NCBI RefSeq assembly: GCF_001194135.2
Contig: NC_068982.1
Span: forward strand, 81,964,728 to 82,005,529
Length of the DNA: 40,802 nt
Reading direction: 5' to 3'
Source of the DNA: Octopus bimaculoides
Taxonomy: Eukaryota
Numbering within the stretch: the first letter of the stretch is position 1; the number at the start of each line of letters is the position of its first letter. Under the pieces are notes generated by a model. That model was not told the DNA's origin, searched no databases, and saw nothing but the letters and a program-made list of their open reading frames with translations. Shown here piece after piece: positions 11,766-23,009 of this stretch. The position numbers and the translations under genes were made by a program.

Positions 11766-12334
11766 AACAGGAAAGAATGACATGGGAGGAAAAGTAGAAA
11801 AGCAAGACAAACAGGGGAATAAAAGTAGATGCTATGGCGTCGGACTGAAAAAGACCCAACTGACCGAGTGAGTGGTCAGGCAGCAAAAAGGAGTGAAGAA
11901 ATGATATGGTCACGTGATACTTATATGGGAGGGAAAAGAGAGAACGAGCAATGAAGGGGAGAAATAAAGGCAGAGGAGACGGGAGAGCTGTACAAAGAGA
12001 AGAGAGAGTAGTGTTGGATAAATCGAAAGAGAGAGTTGAGAAGCTTGGTGCAGAACAGATACGAAGAAAGGAGGAGTGTGGAGAGAGAATGGAAAACTGA
12101 TTGACAAGAAATCGTTGACAGAGGTGAACAGAGGAAGAAATGAAAAGCTGCAGGTGTAGCTATAGGAGCAGGTGTGACTCTGTAAATAAGAAGCTTGCTT
12201 GCCAACCATTTGGTTCCGGGTTCAGTCCCACTGCGTAGCACCTTGGGCAAGTGTCTTCTACTATAGCCTCTGGCCGATCAAAGCCTTGTGAGTGGATTTG
12301 GTAGACGGAAACTGAAAGAAACCCGCCATGATAG

Positions 12335-12525
12335 ATCGCTAGCCACTACCCATTCTTTATTTTCTCTCCTTGTTTCTCCCTGTGTTCCTTTTTGTGGAAG
12401 AGCGTAGGCTTGAAACGTTAAAGACGTTTTCACATCCCGAGCGTTAAACTAATACATCTGCTTGTTGTCTACACCACCTGTCCACCTGTCTTCGTCTTTT
12501 GTTGTTTTTTTTGTGAATTCTCCCC
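12335..12525 (+). mobile_element. Penelope-like pseudo-LTR fragment carrying a decayed hammerhead
   Basis: Alignable to 23010-23155; contains GAGC-GTAG-GCTT-GAAACGT. Confidence 0.6.
12388..12423 (+). ncRNA. Decayed minimal type I hammerhead ribozyme
   Basis: Helix I CTTT/AAAG, core TTGTGGA (non-canonical), helix II GAGC/GCTT, GAAAC-GT-T, palindromic helix III ACGT. Confidence 0.55.
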
Positions 12526-13084
12526 TTGTATATATATATATATATATGGTTGTGTGTTCGTATTTGTATACCCCACCATCGCTTGACAACCGTTGTTGGT
12601 GTGTTTACGTCCCCCATAACCTAGCGGGTCGTCAAAAGACCCCGATAGAATAAGTACTAGGCTTATAAAGAATAAGTCTTGGGGTCGATTTGTTCGACTA
12701 AATGCGGTGCTCCAGCGTAGCCGCAGTCAAATGACTGAAAAAAGTAAAAGAATAAAAGAATAAAAGAATATATATATATATATATATATATGTATTTATG
12801 TATGTATACATATGTAGACATATACATACATAATACACACAGACACATATAATTTTGCGTGTGTTAGTATGAGAAAGTGTGCATGAATATGTGTCAGTAT
12901 GTGGGTATTANNNNNNNNNNGAAAAAAACCTCAAAATGAAAAAATAACGAAAAATTTCGTAATGAAAAAATTCATCATTTCTTCATAAATATAAATAATT
13001 ATATATAAATAATTATATATTAATACATAGTATTAGGGAAAAGAACCAAGGTTTATGAACTCATCGATGAAAATCCACTGTCAC

Positions 13085-13126
<42 letters not shown>

Positions 13127-13288
13127 TTATGTATGTATACATATGTAGACATATACATACATAATACACACAGACACATATAATTTTGCGTGTGTTAGTA
13201 TGAGAAAGTGTGCATGAATATGTGTCAGTATGTGGGTATTATGAGAGGAAGCTCATACTGTGGTTAAGCCCAGGATTCCAAATGGCCA

Positions 13289-13332
13289 CTAGTGATACTC
13301 GGAGGAATGGGAACTCTTCTGAGTATCACTGG
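13289..13332 (+). other. Isolated 18-bp stem-loop (pre-miRNA-like or palindromic element)
   Basis: ctagtgatactcggagga / loop atgggaac / tcttctgagtatcactgg; fully paired with three G-U wobbles on +. Confidence 0.5.
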
Positions 13333-13503
13333 AACTCATCACAATCATGAATTTGCTTCCTTTTCATTAAGGTTGACTGGACTCCATTGTTAACTCTATC
13401 CCTTGTGAAAATACGCCGTTTAATCCTTACTACAGATCATCCATTTTACACACTAAAACACATTTATTCACGCACAAACATATACACTTACCTTCACACA
13501 CGC

Positions 13504-13542
<39 letters not shown>

Positions 13543-14089
13543 TATGCATGCACCATGCACATGCAAATACACACACATATATATACGAGTGTCTGCATAT
13601 AGAGAAAGAGAATGAGAGGGTGGCAGAGAGAATAAGAGCGAAAAGGTGTGTGGAAAGAATGTAATAATGGGAGAAGGTGGTGGGTGTGCTTCATAAGAGA
13701 CATAAGAAGAAATAAAATAACGACAGGTTTGGGTGGAGTGTAAAATAAAGGTGAAAGGGCGAGAAAGGTAACATAAAAATGACAAATCTCTGATTAAAAA
13801 TTATGGCGTGTTTAGATGATGGTGGTGGCGGTAGCGGTGGTAATAGTAGTGATGGTGGTGGCACGGCGATGGCGACGGCGATTGTGACGCTGGCGGTGAT
13901 GGTGGGGGTGGCGGTGATGGTGTTGGCGGCGTCGGCAGCGGCGGTGGTGGTGGTTGTGACAATAATGGTGTTGTTGGTATTGGTTGTGCTGTCGTTTTTA
14001 AAGTTAGTCGTTGACTTTCCCGACCTTGCTGCTATCTCCACCTCCTCCGTTGTCGTTGTCGTTGTCGTCGTTGTTGCTATGATTATTAG

Positions 14090-14302
14090 TCTCAAAGTTT
14101 GGCACAAGGCCAGCAATTTCAAGGGAAGGGGAAAGTCGATTAGATTGACCCCAATGATCAACTGGTACTATTTTAATCAACCCCAGTAGGCTGAAAGACA
14201 AAGCCGGCCTCGGCGGAATTTTAACTCAGAACATAAAGACGGACAAAAGGATGCTAAGTATACTGTCCAGAGTGCTAACGATTCTACCAATTTGCCGCCT
14301 TA
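14090..14302 (-). mobile_element. tRNA-derived SINE S1, near full length
   Basis: On minus: A-box-like tggtagaatcgttagc, B-box-like gagttaaaattcc, 3' end ccttgtgccaaac. Confidence 0.85.
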
Positions 14303-15699
14303 TGTTGCTTATGATTACTGTTGCCTCAGTTCAACCGTGAACTTCCTTGTAGGAATTACATACTTTAGCCTTGTTTATTAAGATGGTCGGGAGTAATTGA
14401 AGTTTTAGTTGCTATTTCTTACAAACTAAAGACGTAGTTTAGTGTAAGACTGTGACAAATATCTTTGAAGAAATGGTTTTTGGCGAAGTGAATCCAGAAA
14501 CCGGTTTTTTGAATCTCAATTGAAACACATTCGTTTCCATAACTAATACTTCTATGAAAACCATGGCGAACACAATATTTCATTCCTTCATTTTTTTTAT
14601 TTTCTAAATTCTCGAGCGTCTGTGCCTTGTCATAGCGAAACCAATATTTTGTGAGGGATTTTAAAGAGAAATTTGATATAGAGCAGATGGGTCAAGAGTA
14701 AGGGTTAGATTTAACGAGAGGAGCAGTGGGTGAGTGGGAGGCAGCACGCAAGCTTTGAAGAGCAGTGACGATCTTCACTTCTACCCTCAGCTCATACGTC
14801 ATCGCAGAGAATATTATAAAATTGGTAAAGTAGATTTTAAAAAAAACAAAACAAATTAATACTGTACGAGCGTTGAAATATCAGTAAATAGAGGAAAATA
14901 CAGGAGGGAAAGAGGAAGGAAAGAGAGAGAGGGGGGAGNNNNNNNNNNNNNNNNNNNNNNNNNNNNNNNNNNNNNNNNNNNNNNNNNNNNNNNNNNNNNN
15001 NNNNNNNNNNNNNNNNNNNNNNNNNNNNNNNNNNNNNNNNNNNNNNNNNNNNNNNNNNNNNNNNNNNNNNNNNNNNNNNNNNNNNNNNNNNNNNNNNNNN
15101 NNNNNNNNNNNNNNNNNNNNNNNNNNNNNNNNNNNNNNNNNNNNNNNNNNNNNNNNNNNNNNNNNNNNNNNNNNNNNNNNNNNNNNNNNNNNNNNNNNNN
15201 NNNNNNNNNNNNNNNNNNNNNNNNNNNNNNNNNNNNNNTATATATATATATATATATATTCTGCATATACACCTGACACTTAATTGACGAGAAAAAAAAT
15301 GAATATTTGTTTGAAAAATTCAATTAGAAAATAGACAAATCACAGAATTCTTCTGATAGAAGACAATATAAAAACGGAACGAAATGGAAATTAAAAAATA
15401 AAAATTGCAGAGTTTTTCTGTTCCCTTAGAGATAAAGAGTGCTCCAACAAAAGGGGAAAAAATGTGCCACATATTTTAAGGAATTTCGAATTAATAAAAA
15501 CAAATTCAACAAAAAGCAAAGAAAGTTTCGACAGAGGTCTCCGAGCATAACAAATTAAAAAGTCTGAACATTGGAAAATGTCCTATTGAAATGCCATGAT
15601 TTGTAGTAGGTCTCTTGGAATTTTAATTTTTCAGGAGAAGAGTTAGTGCGTGGAACAAAATATCTCGATCCGTAACTTCTTTCTTTTTTCCAGTGTGAT

Positions 15700-15770
15700 C
15701 AATAAAATAAAACACCGGTCAAACGCTAGGGTTGACTCCACTGAAATATGGGGCCTTGTGCCACAGTCAG
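15700..15770 (+). mobile_element. SINE S1 3' remnant
   Basis: aataaaataaaacaccggtc...ggccttgtgcca. Confidence 0.5.
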
Positions 15771-16099
15771 AAATCGCAGTTACAAAACTGTCTCGTGTCT
15801 AGTAATCGAATGGAATCAATAAAATTTGAAAACATTCATACTCCCTAATACTAGAGGGTCCAGCCTGAAACCTTATGCATTTCTTCCTTACACGTAACAC
15901 TTGTTTGCTTCTGAGTATGCTACTTCGAGGTCAGGGACTTGATGACAAAAAGACAAGTGTCAGCCATCTGCGCATTAATAACAAGGAATAAAATAGCTTT
16001 CTATATATCATGCATAACGCATATACACCGTTGAGAGGTACGCTGCTGTGATTTTTGTCTGAGGAAAAAATCTCTTCATAACATGCTGGATTAAAAAAT

Positions 16100-16380
16100 T
16101 GCTAACCGAAACTAAACAACCTCAACTACAAACCGTCCACACATCATTATGCCTAAATGACGTCGTAGTTGACATCCACCACATTTGTGCCAGTAACAAA
16201 GCCGCACAACTACAAGGTTACAGCAAAAATCTAAAAATTGGCTCCTCAACAACACCATCTATCAAGTCCACCATCTACCTTGTTACCAACAATATAACTC
16301 GATATCAGATACAACCAACCCTCACATTCAACAATATAAAAATAACGCAGTTATATACAACACGTCTCGATGACATAGTA
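16100..16380 (+). mobile_element. Decayed LINE RT fragment (post-catalytic region)
   Basis: NDVVV...AAQLQGYSKNLKIGSS...KSTIYLVTNN...QPTLTFNNIKI resembles the DD..V / KS..L.T / P.L.LN..I region of APE-type LINE RTs. Confidence 0.4.
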
Positions 16381-16399
16381 AAGATTTGGCCCTTTCAAA

Positions 16400-16650
16400 A
16401 CACGGCACCTTTATAAGCTCGGCTCCTTCATACGCTTCGCCCCTTCGTTGGTTAAATCTCTTGCCACTGGATTGTGTTCTTGTTTTTGAAGGGGTTTCTT
16501 ACTTCATTTATGAGAAGTTTGTGGAGAATGGAGTCGAATGTTTTTCTAGTGTCGATGATAATAAAGTAAATAGTGCATGTATGCTCGACTGTTGTTTGTT
16601 TGTCCTTTGGTGCGAATTGAAAGTGGTATGGCCGTTGTTGCTTTTAGACG
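16400..16650 (-). mobile_element. Decayed LINE RT fragment (D..KAFD region)
   Basis: Minus: IYFIIIDTRKTFDSILHKLLINEV...TIQW matches lD..KAFDSI.H..L...W. Confidence 0.55.
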
Positions 16651-16722
16651 AATATTACCTATATTAAATAGATAAGCACGTAGGAGTATGCAAAAATAGA
16701 ACCTTACCACCCTTCATTTCAG

Positions 16723-16787
16723 TAGTAGTCTACAATGGAATACACTAGCCTATGTACGCGATTTTAAGACGATGCAGGTAGAGAAAG
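16723..16787 (+). other. Candidate 65-bp exon (unverified)
   Basis: Acceptor ccttcatttcAG (16722), strong donor AAG/GTAAGT (16788), one open frame SSLQWNTLAYVRDFKTMQVEK; no homology recognised. Confidence 0.2.
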
Positions 16788-17439
16788 GTAAGTGCTTTAA
16801 ATCCACGTGGAAAGGAGAGTGTTTTGGCTGCTGATATCAACTTTCCAAAGATTTTGTTTCTCAGGGTCTGTACCGGAGATTAGTGGGTCACTAATATTTC
16901 CCTTAGTTAAAATTTTGTAAGGCTTATATGTTGTATGTACGAGAAATTAGTGTAAGTTTTACATGCATTATACGCATATTAGGTAAGCTTCCGCATGTTA
17001 TACATATATTAGGTTGCTGTAAGTTTTACAAATGTTATATGCACGTTAAATTGTTTTACATCTGTTATACATTTATTACATAAGGCTACATATAGTTTCT
17101 GTTCATATTCCAAATTCTTAGAATTGGCAACGTTAATATGAATAATTAAAGATATTGTTTAGTGCAGTAATTCCATCAGGGATTGGTTGTTGCTATTAGG
17201 TATATTTTAGTGGCTTTCAATTTGGAGCTTCCTATTGATTTTTTAATTATCTGATGAGATTAAAGTGTCAAGGTCATTACTTCGATGGCACTAATGTATC
17301 TTACATTTTCGTGTAGGGCCATTGTTAACAAGTCTCCATGTTTCTGATTAATTTCTGTTATAATTTGCTACTTGTTTTCTCATTTATGTTTGGTATCATT
17401 ATTGACCAGTTTTCTGATTTTCTATCATTTTTTTTTCAC

Positions 17440-17580
17440 TCTCGTGGACTGGTACAGTCGTTAGAGTGTTGGTTAGAATGTGTCGCAGTATTTGTTTCAG
17501 GCTTCCGTGTTCTGATTCAAATCACACCTAAACAACTTTTACCTTTCATCCTTTCGGGGTCGGTAAAAAAATGTACAAAT
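17440..17580 (+). mobile_element. Diverged SINE S1, 5' part
   Basis: tggtacagtcgttagagt...gttctgattcaaat...cctttcatcctttcggggtcggtaaa. Confidence 0.65.
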
Positions 17581-19703
17581 ACAAGGTGGTGGATTCGCGG
17601 AACGGTTAAAGGAGCCGGATGAGATACTTTGCAATAGCTGTCCCTATTCTTTGGATTCTTATACTACCTGTCCCACGACAACGTTAGTGTCAAGCTACAG
17701 TGACACAAACCAGAAACCTTTCACTTAAGTAAACTTAGGTGGCGCTAAAGGGAGTCTTGTATCAACATAAACATGTATGTCTTTAACAAAATGTCTTGAC
17801 CTCCTTCGAAGTATGGTTGTTTGTTGTTGAGTTGTATTTTTTACTGGTGTTTTGTAGAGAAAGTTTTTCTAGTTTTTAACGGATTTCCTCCTTAGAATTG
17901 TAATTGATTCACGTTGTCTTGTAGTGTGTGCTTCATGGGAGTCTCTTCAATTATTTTCTAGAGTGTATTGCACTGAATTGTCTAAAGTGATTGTGGGGTT
18001 GTTGAATATATTGTACTGGAGTTAAGATCTCAGCATTTGAGGTACAATGATAAAGTGAGTTGCAATAAATACCAAATTTTCATAGCAGGAAAGGTTTGTG
18101 CTGAGTTGGCCTACCAACAATGTTTCATTGTTGTACTGTCTTTGAATTCTATGAACGACTAGGCGTTGAATGCTGATAGAGAAGAGTTCTGAAACCCAAT
18201 CAATTTAAATAAACCAAATTACAATAAGAACATTGTATGTCAAGGTTAAACAGACAAACTAACTTCATATTAGAAATTAGTTAATTATTGAACTATAATT
18301 TAATAGCCATCAGTAAATAGAACAGCGAGAATCTAAACAATGACATGTATATTCATCCTTTATACGCTTCGGCTGATTTGGACGTGAATATGCTAATCGC
18401 TGTAGTACTTCATATTTGGACAACTTTTCCTTTCAGACGATATGTCATCATAACACACTCAATTCACTGATATAAGGGCGCTTGGAGACTGTTTCAAACT
18501 GGTAGTGTCTTTTCAGTTAAAGGTAGTCTCGTACCAATAAATCTAAGCAAGTGTAAAGGCTCTTGCTTACAGAATTCAGAAAACTGACTTTTGCCGATGA
18601 GTTAGAAGCAAGATTAGTTGTACGAATCAGATAAATAGAGCCAGTAAGTTCTACTATTTAAACAAAGCAGGATGTCTCTAAAAAGGTAAAGAATGTTTTA
18701 TTGCATGCAGATTCTACTTTCGCTTGAAGGTGTTAAAGTGAAATAAGTTTAAAAGAAATAAGTTTAAATTAATACAGGAACATTTTGAACCACGAAGACA
18801 AATCTACATTCATTAGGGTTGTGTATCAGGAGATAACACTTCATTCGTGCATCTCAGTTGGTTAAGTAATACTGATATATATATANNNNNNNNNNNNNNN
18901 NNNNNNNNNNNNNNNNNNNNNNNNNNNNNNNNNNNNNNNNNNNNNNNNNNNNNNNNNNNNNNNNNNNNNNNNNNNNNNNNNNNNNNNNNNNNNNNNNNNN
19001 NNNNNNNNNNNNNNNNNNNNNNNNNNNNNNNNNNNNNNNNNNNNNNNNNNNNNNNNNNNNNNNNNNNNNNNNNNNNNNNNNNNNNNNNNNNNNNNNNNNN
19101 NNNNNNNNNNNNNNNNNNNNNNNNNNNNNNNNNNNNNNNNNNNNNNNNNNNNNNNNNNNNNNNNNNNNNNNNNNNNNNNNNNNNNNNNNNNNNNNNNNNN
19201 NNNNNNNNNNNNNNNNNNNNNNNNNNNNNNNNNNNNNNNNNNNNNNNNNNNNNNNNNNNNNNNNNNNNNNNNNNNNNNNNNNNNNNNNNNNNNNNNNNNN
19301 NNNNNNNNNNNNNNNNNNNNNNNNNNNNNNNNNNNNNNNNNNNNNNNNNNNNNNNNNNNNNNNNNNNNNNNNNNNNNNNNNNNNNNNNNNNNNNNNNNNN
19401 NNNNNNNNNNNNNNNNNNNNNNNNNNNNNNNNNNNNNNNNNNNNNNNNNNNNNNNNNNNNNNNNNNNNNNNNNNNNNNNNNNNNNNNNNNNNNNNNNNNN
19501 NNNNNNNNNNNNNNNNNNNNNNNNNNNNNNNNNNNNNNNNNNNNNNNNNNNNNNNNNNNNNNNNNNNNNNNNNNNNNNNNNNNNNNNNNNNNNNNNNNNN
19601 NNNNNNNNNNNNNNNNNNNNNNNNNNNNNNNNNNNNNNNNNNNNNNNNNNNNNNNNNNNNNNNNNNNNNNNNNNNNNNNNNNNNNNNNNNNNNNNNNNNN
19701 NNN

Positions 19704-19810
19704 AGTTATCCGGCCATTGAAAATTCCTCACAGAAATTTTCAATGGCCGGATAGCTTTCGGATAATGGCCGGATAATGTCCTCACAGGAATTTTCAATGG
19801 CTGGATAACT
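19704..19810. repeat. 24-bp inverted repeat: arm 1 19704-19727, arm 2 19733-19756, arm 3 19787-19810; loop TCACA
   Basis: agttatccggccattgaaaattcc versus gaaattttcaatggccggatagct and ggaattttcaatggctggataact. Confidence 0.92.
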
Positions 19811-19864
19811 GAAGAGATGTTGGCGTGGGCTCCCACCCCGGAATCCGAAACTCGGAGTTTTATC
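19804..19864 (+). ncRNA. Type I hammerhead ribozyme with intact catalytic core (Penelope pLTR-like context)
   Basis: Helix I GATAA/TTATC; core CTGAAGA (19809-15); helix II GAT.TTGG.GTGG[GCTC]CCAC.CCGG.ATC; GAAA (19847-50); helix III ACT[CGG]AGT; GUU triplet, cleavage predicted after 19859. Confidence 0.8.
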
Positions 19865-20149
19865 ATGGCTACCAAATAAGTGTCACATATTTTTACAGAT
19901 AAATTCCTCTATTTACATAATATCGAGGTCTCTTTCTTTCTTTTGTTGTCCTTATATATATATATAAGTGTATGTGTGTGTGCGTGTACGTACGTGCGTG
20001 TGTGTATGTGGCTGTGTGTGTGTGTAAAAGGGAATGATAAGGGAACAGGAATTATGTAATCAACTTAATTAACTAACAGCTGTTTCTGCAATAGAATGCA
20101 GTGCACTCAGAGCTGAGAGTTTGTGCATCATCTCATAGTTTCTTCAGAG

Positions 20150-20685
20150 CGCAACAAACTACTATAAACAACCTCCAAAGAAGATTATGCTTCCAATTTG
20201 GTGGGATTGGATGGATGTTGTCTTTTACATGCTTCTTCCCACGAACAGGACCATCAATTTGTGATCAGCTGGACAAATTAAACGCAGCGAACCCCGAGAA
20301 GCGCCTAGAACTAATTCTAAGAGCATTGTCTTTAATCATAACAATGTCAAACCGCACATTTCTCTGCAAACGTAGCAGAAGTTTATGGGCTTTTATCGGG
20401 ACGTTTTGCTGTACCCTCCATATACGACCACCTTGCACCTTCAAATCTCAACCTGTTTTGGTCTATTAAAAATTCATTGAATGGACAGACCTTCAACTCT
20501 GAAGAGGATGTAAAACTTCGCCTTGAAGAGTTTCTCACCAGTAAAAACAGGAAATTCTTTTAGCAGATTATAATGGGTCTGCCCACTAGATTGCAGAAGA
20601 TACTGGAACGAAATGTCATTGATTGAATAAATCGCTTTGTGTCTTGCTTAAAAAACCGAACGGACTCTTTGGCCAATTCTGTATA
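20150..20685 (+). mobile_element. Decayed mariner (D,D34D-type) transposase C-terminal half plus probable right terminus
   Basis: KKIML.IWWDW...QLDKLNAA.PEKR.EL...HNNVKPH...YPPY-DLAPS...LF.S..NSLNGQTFNSEEDVK...LP.R.QKI; frameshifts and stops. Confidence 0.85.
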
Positions 20686-21040
20686 AATGTTTTAATATTT
20701 GTTTTGTTTCATTCATTATACGTCGGCCATATTTAGTTACAACCTTGAAAGGTTTAGTCGATCGAATTGACTCCTATAACCTTTTTTAATCTGGTATACA
20801 CACACATACACACACACATGCACAAACACACACGCACACACACACACACACACGCACACAAGTGGATTTGTGTAATATAGTATTTAAACCTTAAGGTTTG
20901 GTTTAAAACGAAATGATAATGTTGGGAGGAACTGTCCATTAGTTTACGTTTCTCCCGTCACAGATACTGTACTCCAGGTTTAACCTACTAAATGTCTCAG
21001 AAATGGCAATAGAAGTATCAAACAGGAGGTAAAATAATGA

Positions 21041-21190
21041 TTTCGAATATTGGCACAAGGCCAGCAATTTTGGGTGAGCAGGAATTCGATTACATCGACC
21101 CCTAGAGCTCAGCTGGTATCTATTTTATCGGCCTCGAAAGGAAGAAAGGCAAAGTTGACTTCGGCGGAATTTGAACTCAGAATGAAAACT
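21041..21190 (-). mobile_element. SINE S1, 3' two-thirds
   Basis: ttggcacaaggccagcaatttt...ttttatcggcctcgaaagg...cggcggaatttgaactcagaa. Confidence 0.85.
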
Positions 21191-21419
21191 GAGAGTAAAA
21201 TATTAAATAGTAAGGCACTTCTAGTAATTGCAATTATCCTGGTCCCTCTAGTCCACCTTCGCCACCGTGGTAACTGATGTACAGACTTGGACCCTTAGAT
21301 ATGAAATGGGATCCATGAAAATAATTAAATTTTTAACGGAGAACAACTTTTTCTTTTAAATTATGGGTCTTTATAACGTATGGTAAAGATTCGGCACTAT
21401 ATCATTATGGCTTTTAGAA

Positions 21420-21960
21420 AGGTGTATGACAGGAGAGAGAGAGTGTGTCTTGAGAAGTAATGAGAGAGGGAGAGAGATATGAAGAGGAGAGAGATGAGGG
21501 AGAAAGACAGAAAGAGAGAGAGAGAAAGAGACAGAGAAAGAAGGCGTGAGGAGGAGATGAATGAGAATGAGAAAGAGAGAAACTGAGAGAAAGAAAGGGA
21601 GAGACAGGAAGAGTGACATATAAATAGGAAGTGAAATGGGAGAGAGAGATAGAGAGGAGAGGGAGGCGGGAAGAGAGTAACTGTAAGAAAAAATGAAGAT
21701 TGCAGAAAGAGCAAAATATGTAGGAGGTATAGTTTGAGGCGGGGAGAAGTTAGAGGAGGAGAGATAAGGATATAAGATGGTTAAGAGACAGAGAGAGACG
21801 GAGAGGAAGGGGTATACGGACAAGGAGGAGCATAGACATAGGAAGACGTAGAATGAGAGATATATGGAGAGGGAGAGAGAGTGGAAGGGAGAGAGAGAGA
21901 GAAGAAAGGGAAAGAGAAAGATGTAGAGGGAAATGAAGAGCTGATGATCAGACAAAATGG
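21420..21960. repeat. Purine-rich (GA/GGA) low-complexity tract
   Basis: Directly visible. Confidence 0.85.
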
Positions 21961-22090
21961 CGATGAGAGAATTTATTTCCTCATAAATGAATAAACATAG
22001 TAAAAAAAAAAACAAATGTAGGATTTACGTATATGACATTGAATAGTTGTGCTGGTAGCGGTGGTAGAAGTGGTTGTATTGTGGTGGTGC

Positions 22091-22124
<34 letters not shown>

Positions 22125-22609
22125 NNNNNNNNNNNNNNNNNNNNNNNNNNNNNNNNNNNNNNNNNNNNNNNNNNNNNNNNNNNNNNNNNNNNNNNNNNNN
22201 NNNNNNNNNNNNNNNNNNNNNNNNNNNNNNNNNNNNNNNNNNNNNNNNNNNNNNNNNNNNNNNNNNNNNNNNNNNNNNNNNNNNNNNNNNNNNNNNNNNN
22301 NNNNNNNNNNNNNNNNNNNNNNNNNNNNNNNNNNNNNNNNNNNNNNNNNNNNNNNNNNNNNNNNNNNNNNNNNNNNNNNNNNNNNNNNNNNNNNNNNNNN
22401 NNNNNNNNNNNNNNNNNNNNNNNNNNNNNNNNNNNNNNNNNNNNNNNNNNNNNNNNNNNNNNNNNNNNNNNNNNNNNNNNNNNNNNNNNNNNNNNNNNNN
22501 NNNNNNNNNNNNNNNNNNNNNNNNNNNNNNNNNNNNNNNNNNNNNNNNNNNNNNAAACAGACAAGTCCAGAAGTTACACATAGACCTTTATATATACATA
22601 TATTCATCT

Positions 22610-22703
22610 ACATACTCTCTCTATGTCTCTCTGTCTCTCTCCCTGTCTCTCTCCCTGTCTCTCTCCCTGTCTCTCTGTCTCTCTCTCTGTCTCTCTCTCT
22701 GTT

Positions 22704-22734
<31 letters not shown>

Positions 22735-22865
22735 GTCTCTCTCTCTGTGTCTTTCTGTCTCTGTCTCTCTGTCTCTCTGTCTCTCTGGCTCTCTCTCTGT
22801 CTCTCTGTCTCTCTCTCTCTGTCACTCTGTTTCTCTGTCTCTGTCTGTCTCTCTGTCTCTCTCTC
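22610..22865. repeat. Pyrimidine-rich (CT)n/(CTGT)n compound microsatellite
   Basis: Directly visible. Confidence 0.9.
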
Positions 22866-23009
22866 ACACGCACACACCACATACACACACACAACTCCAT
22901 AAACATATCTCTACATACATACACCTCCATGTATATGTGTATACATTCGCCATGTTGGACCACCATCGCCACGTTGGGCTGCTGAACTCAGCAAGTTTTT
23001 TCATTTTCT

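Larger units (their letters stand above)
12155..12765 (+). mobile_element. tRNA-derived CORE-type SINE (head 12155-12330, tail 12560-12765), split at its internal TA microsatellite by a Penelope-like fragment
   Basis: B-box-like gggttcagtcc, CORE-like ccttgggcaagtgtctt, tail gatagaataagtact...ggggtcgattt...gcggtgctccagc...caaatgactgaa. Confidence 0.8.

Noticed and set aside
12780-13240. Identical ~130-bp direct duplication (about 12780-12910 and 13110-13240)
   Set aside because: Zero mismatches and adjacent to a 10-N gap; most likely a scaffolding overlap artefact.
13691-14189. Thr/Ala/Pro-rich and Val/Gly-rich ORFs (also 28527-28896, 38904-39473)
   Set aside because: Translations of GGT/GTT low-complexity DNA; no splice or homology support.
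17250-17300. CTGATGA core-like heptamer (also at ~21941)
   Set aside because: No helix II followed by GAAA and no helix I partner.
17800-18200. Possible LINE remnant on the minus strand
   Set aside because: Only faint similarity (NPTITLDN, LYKT.V); too weak to call by eye.
18436-18510. Strong splice acceptor (ttttcctttcAG) as a possible coding exon
   Set aside because: All three frames hit stops within 13 codons and the donors are weak.
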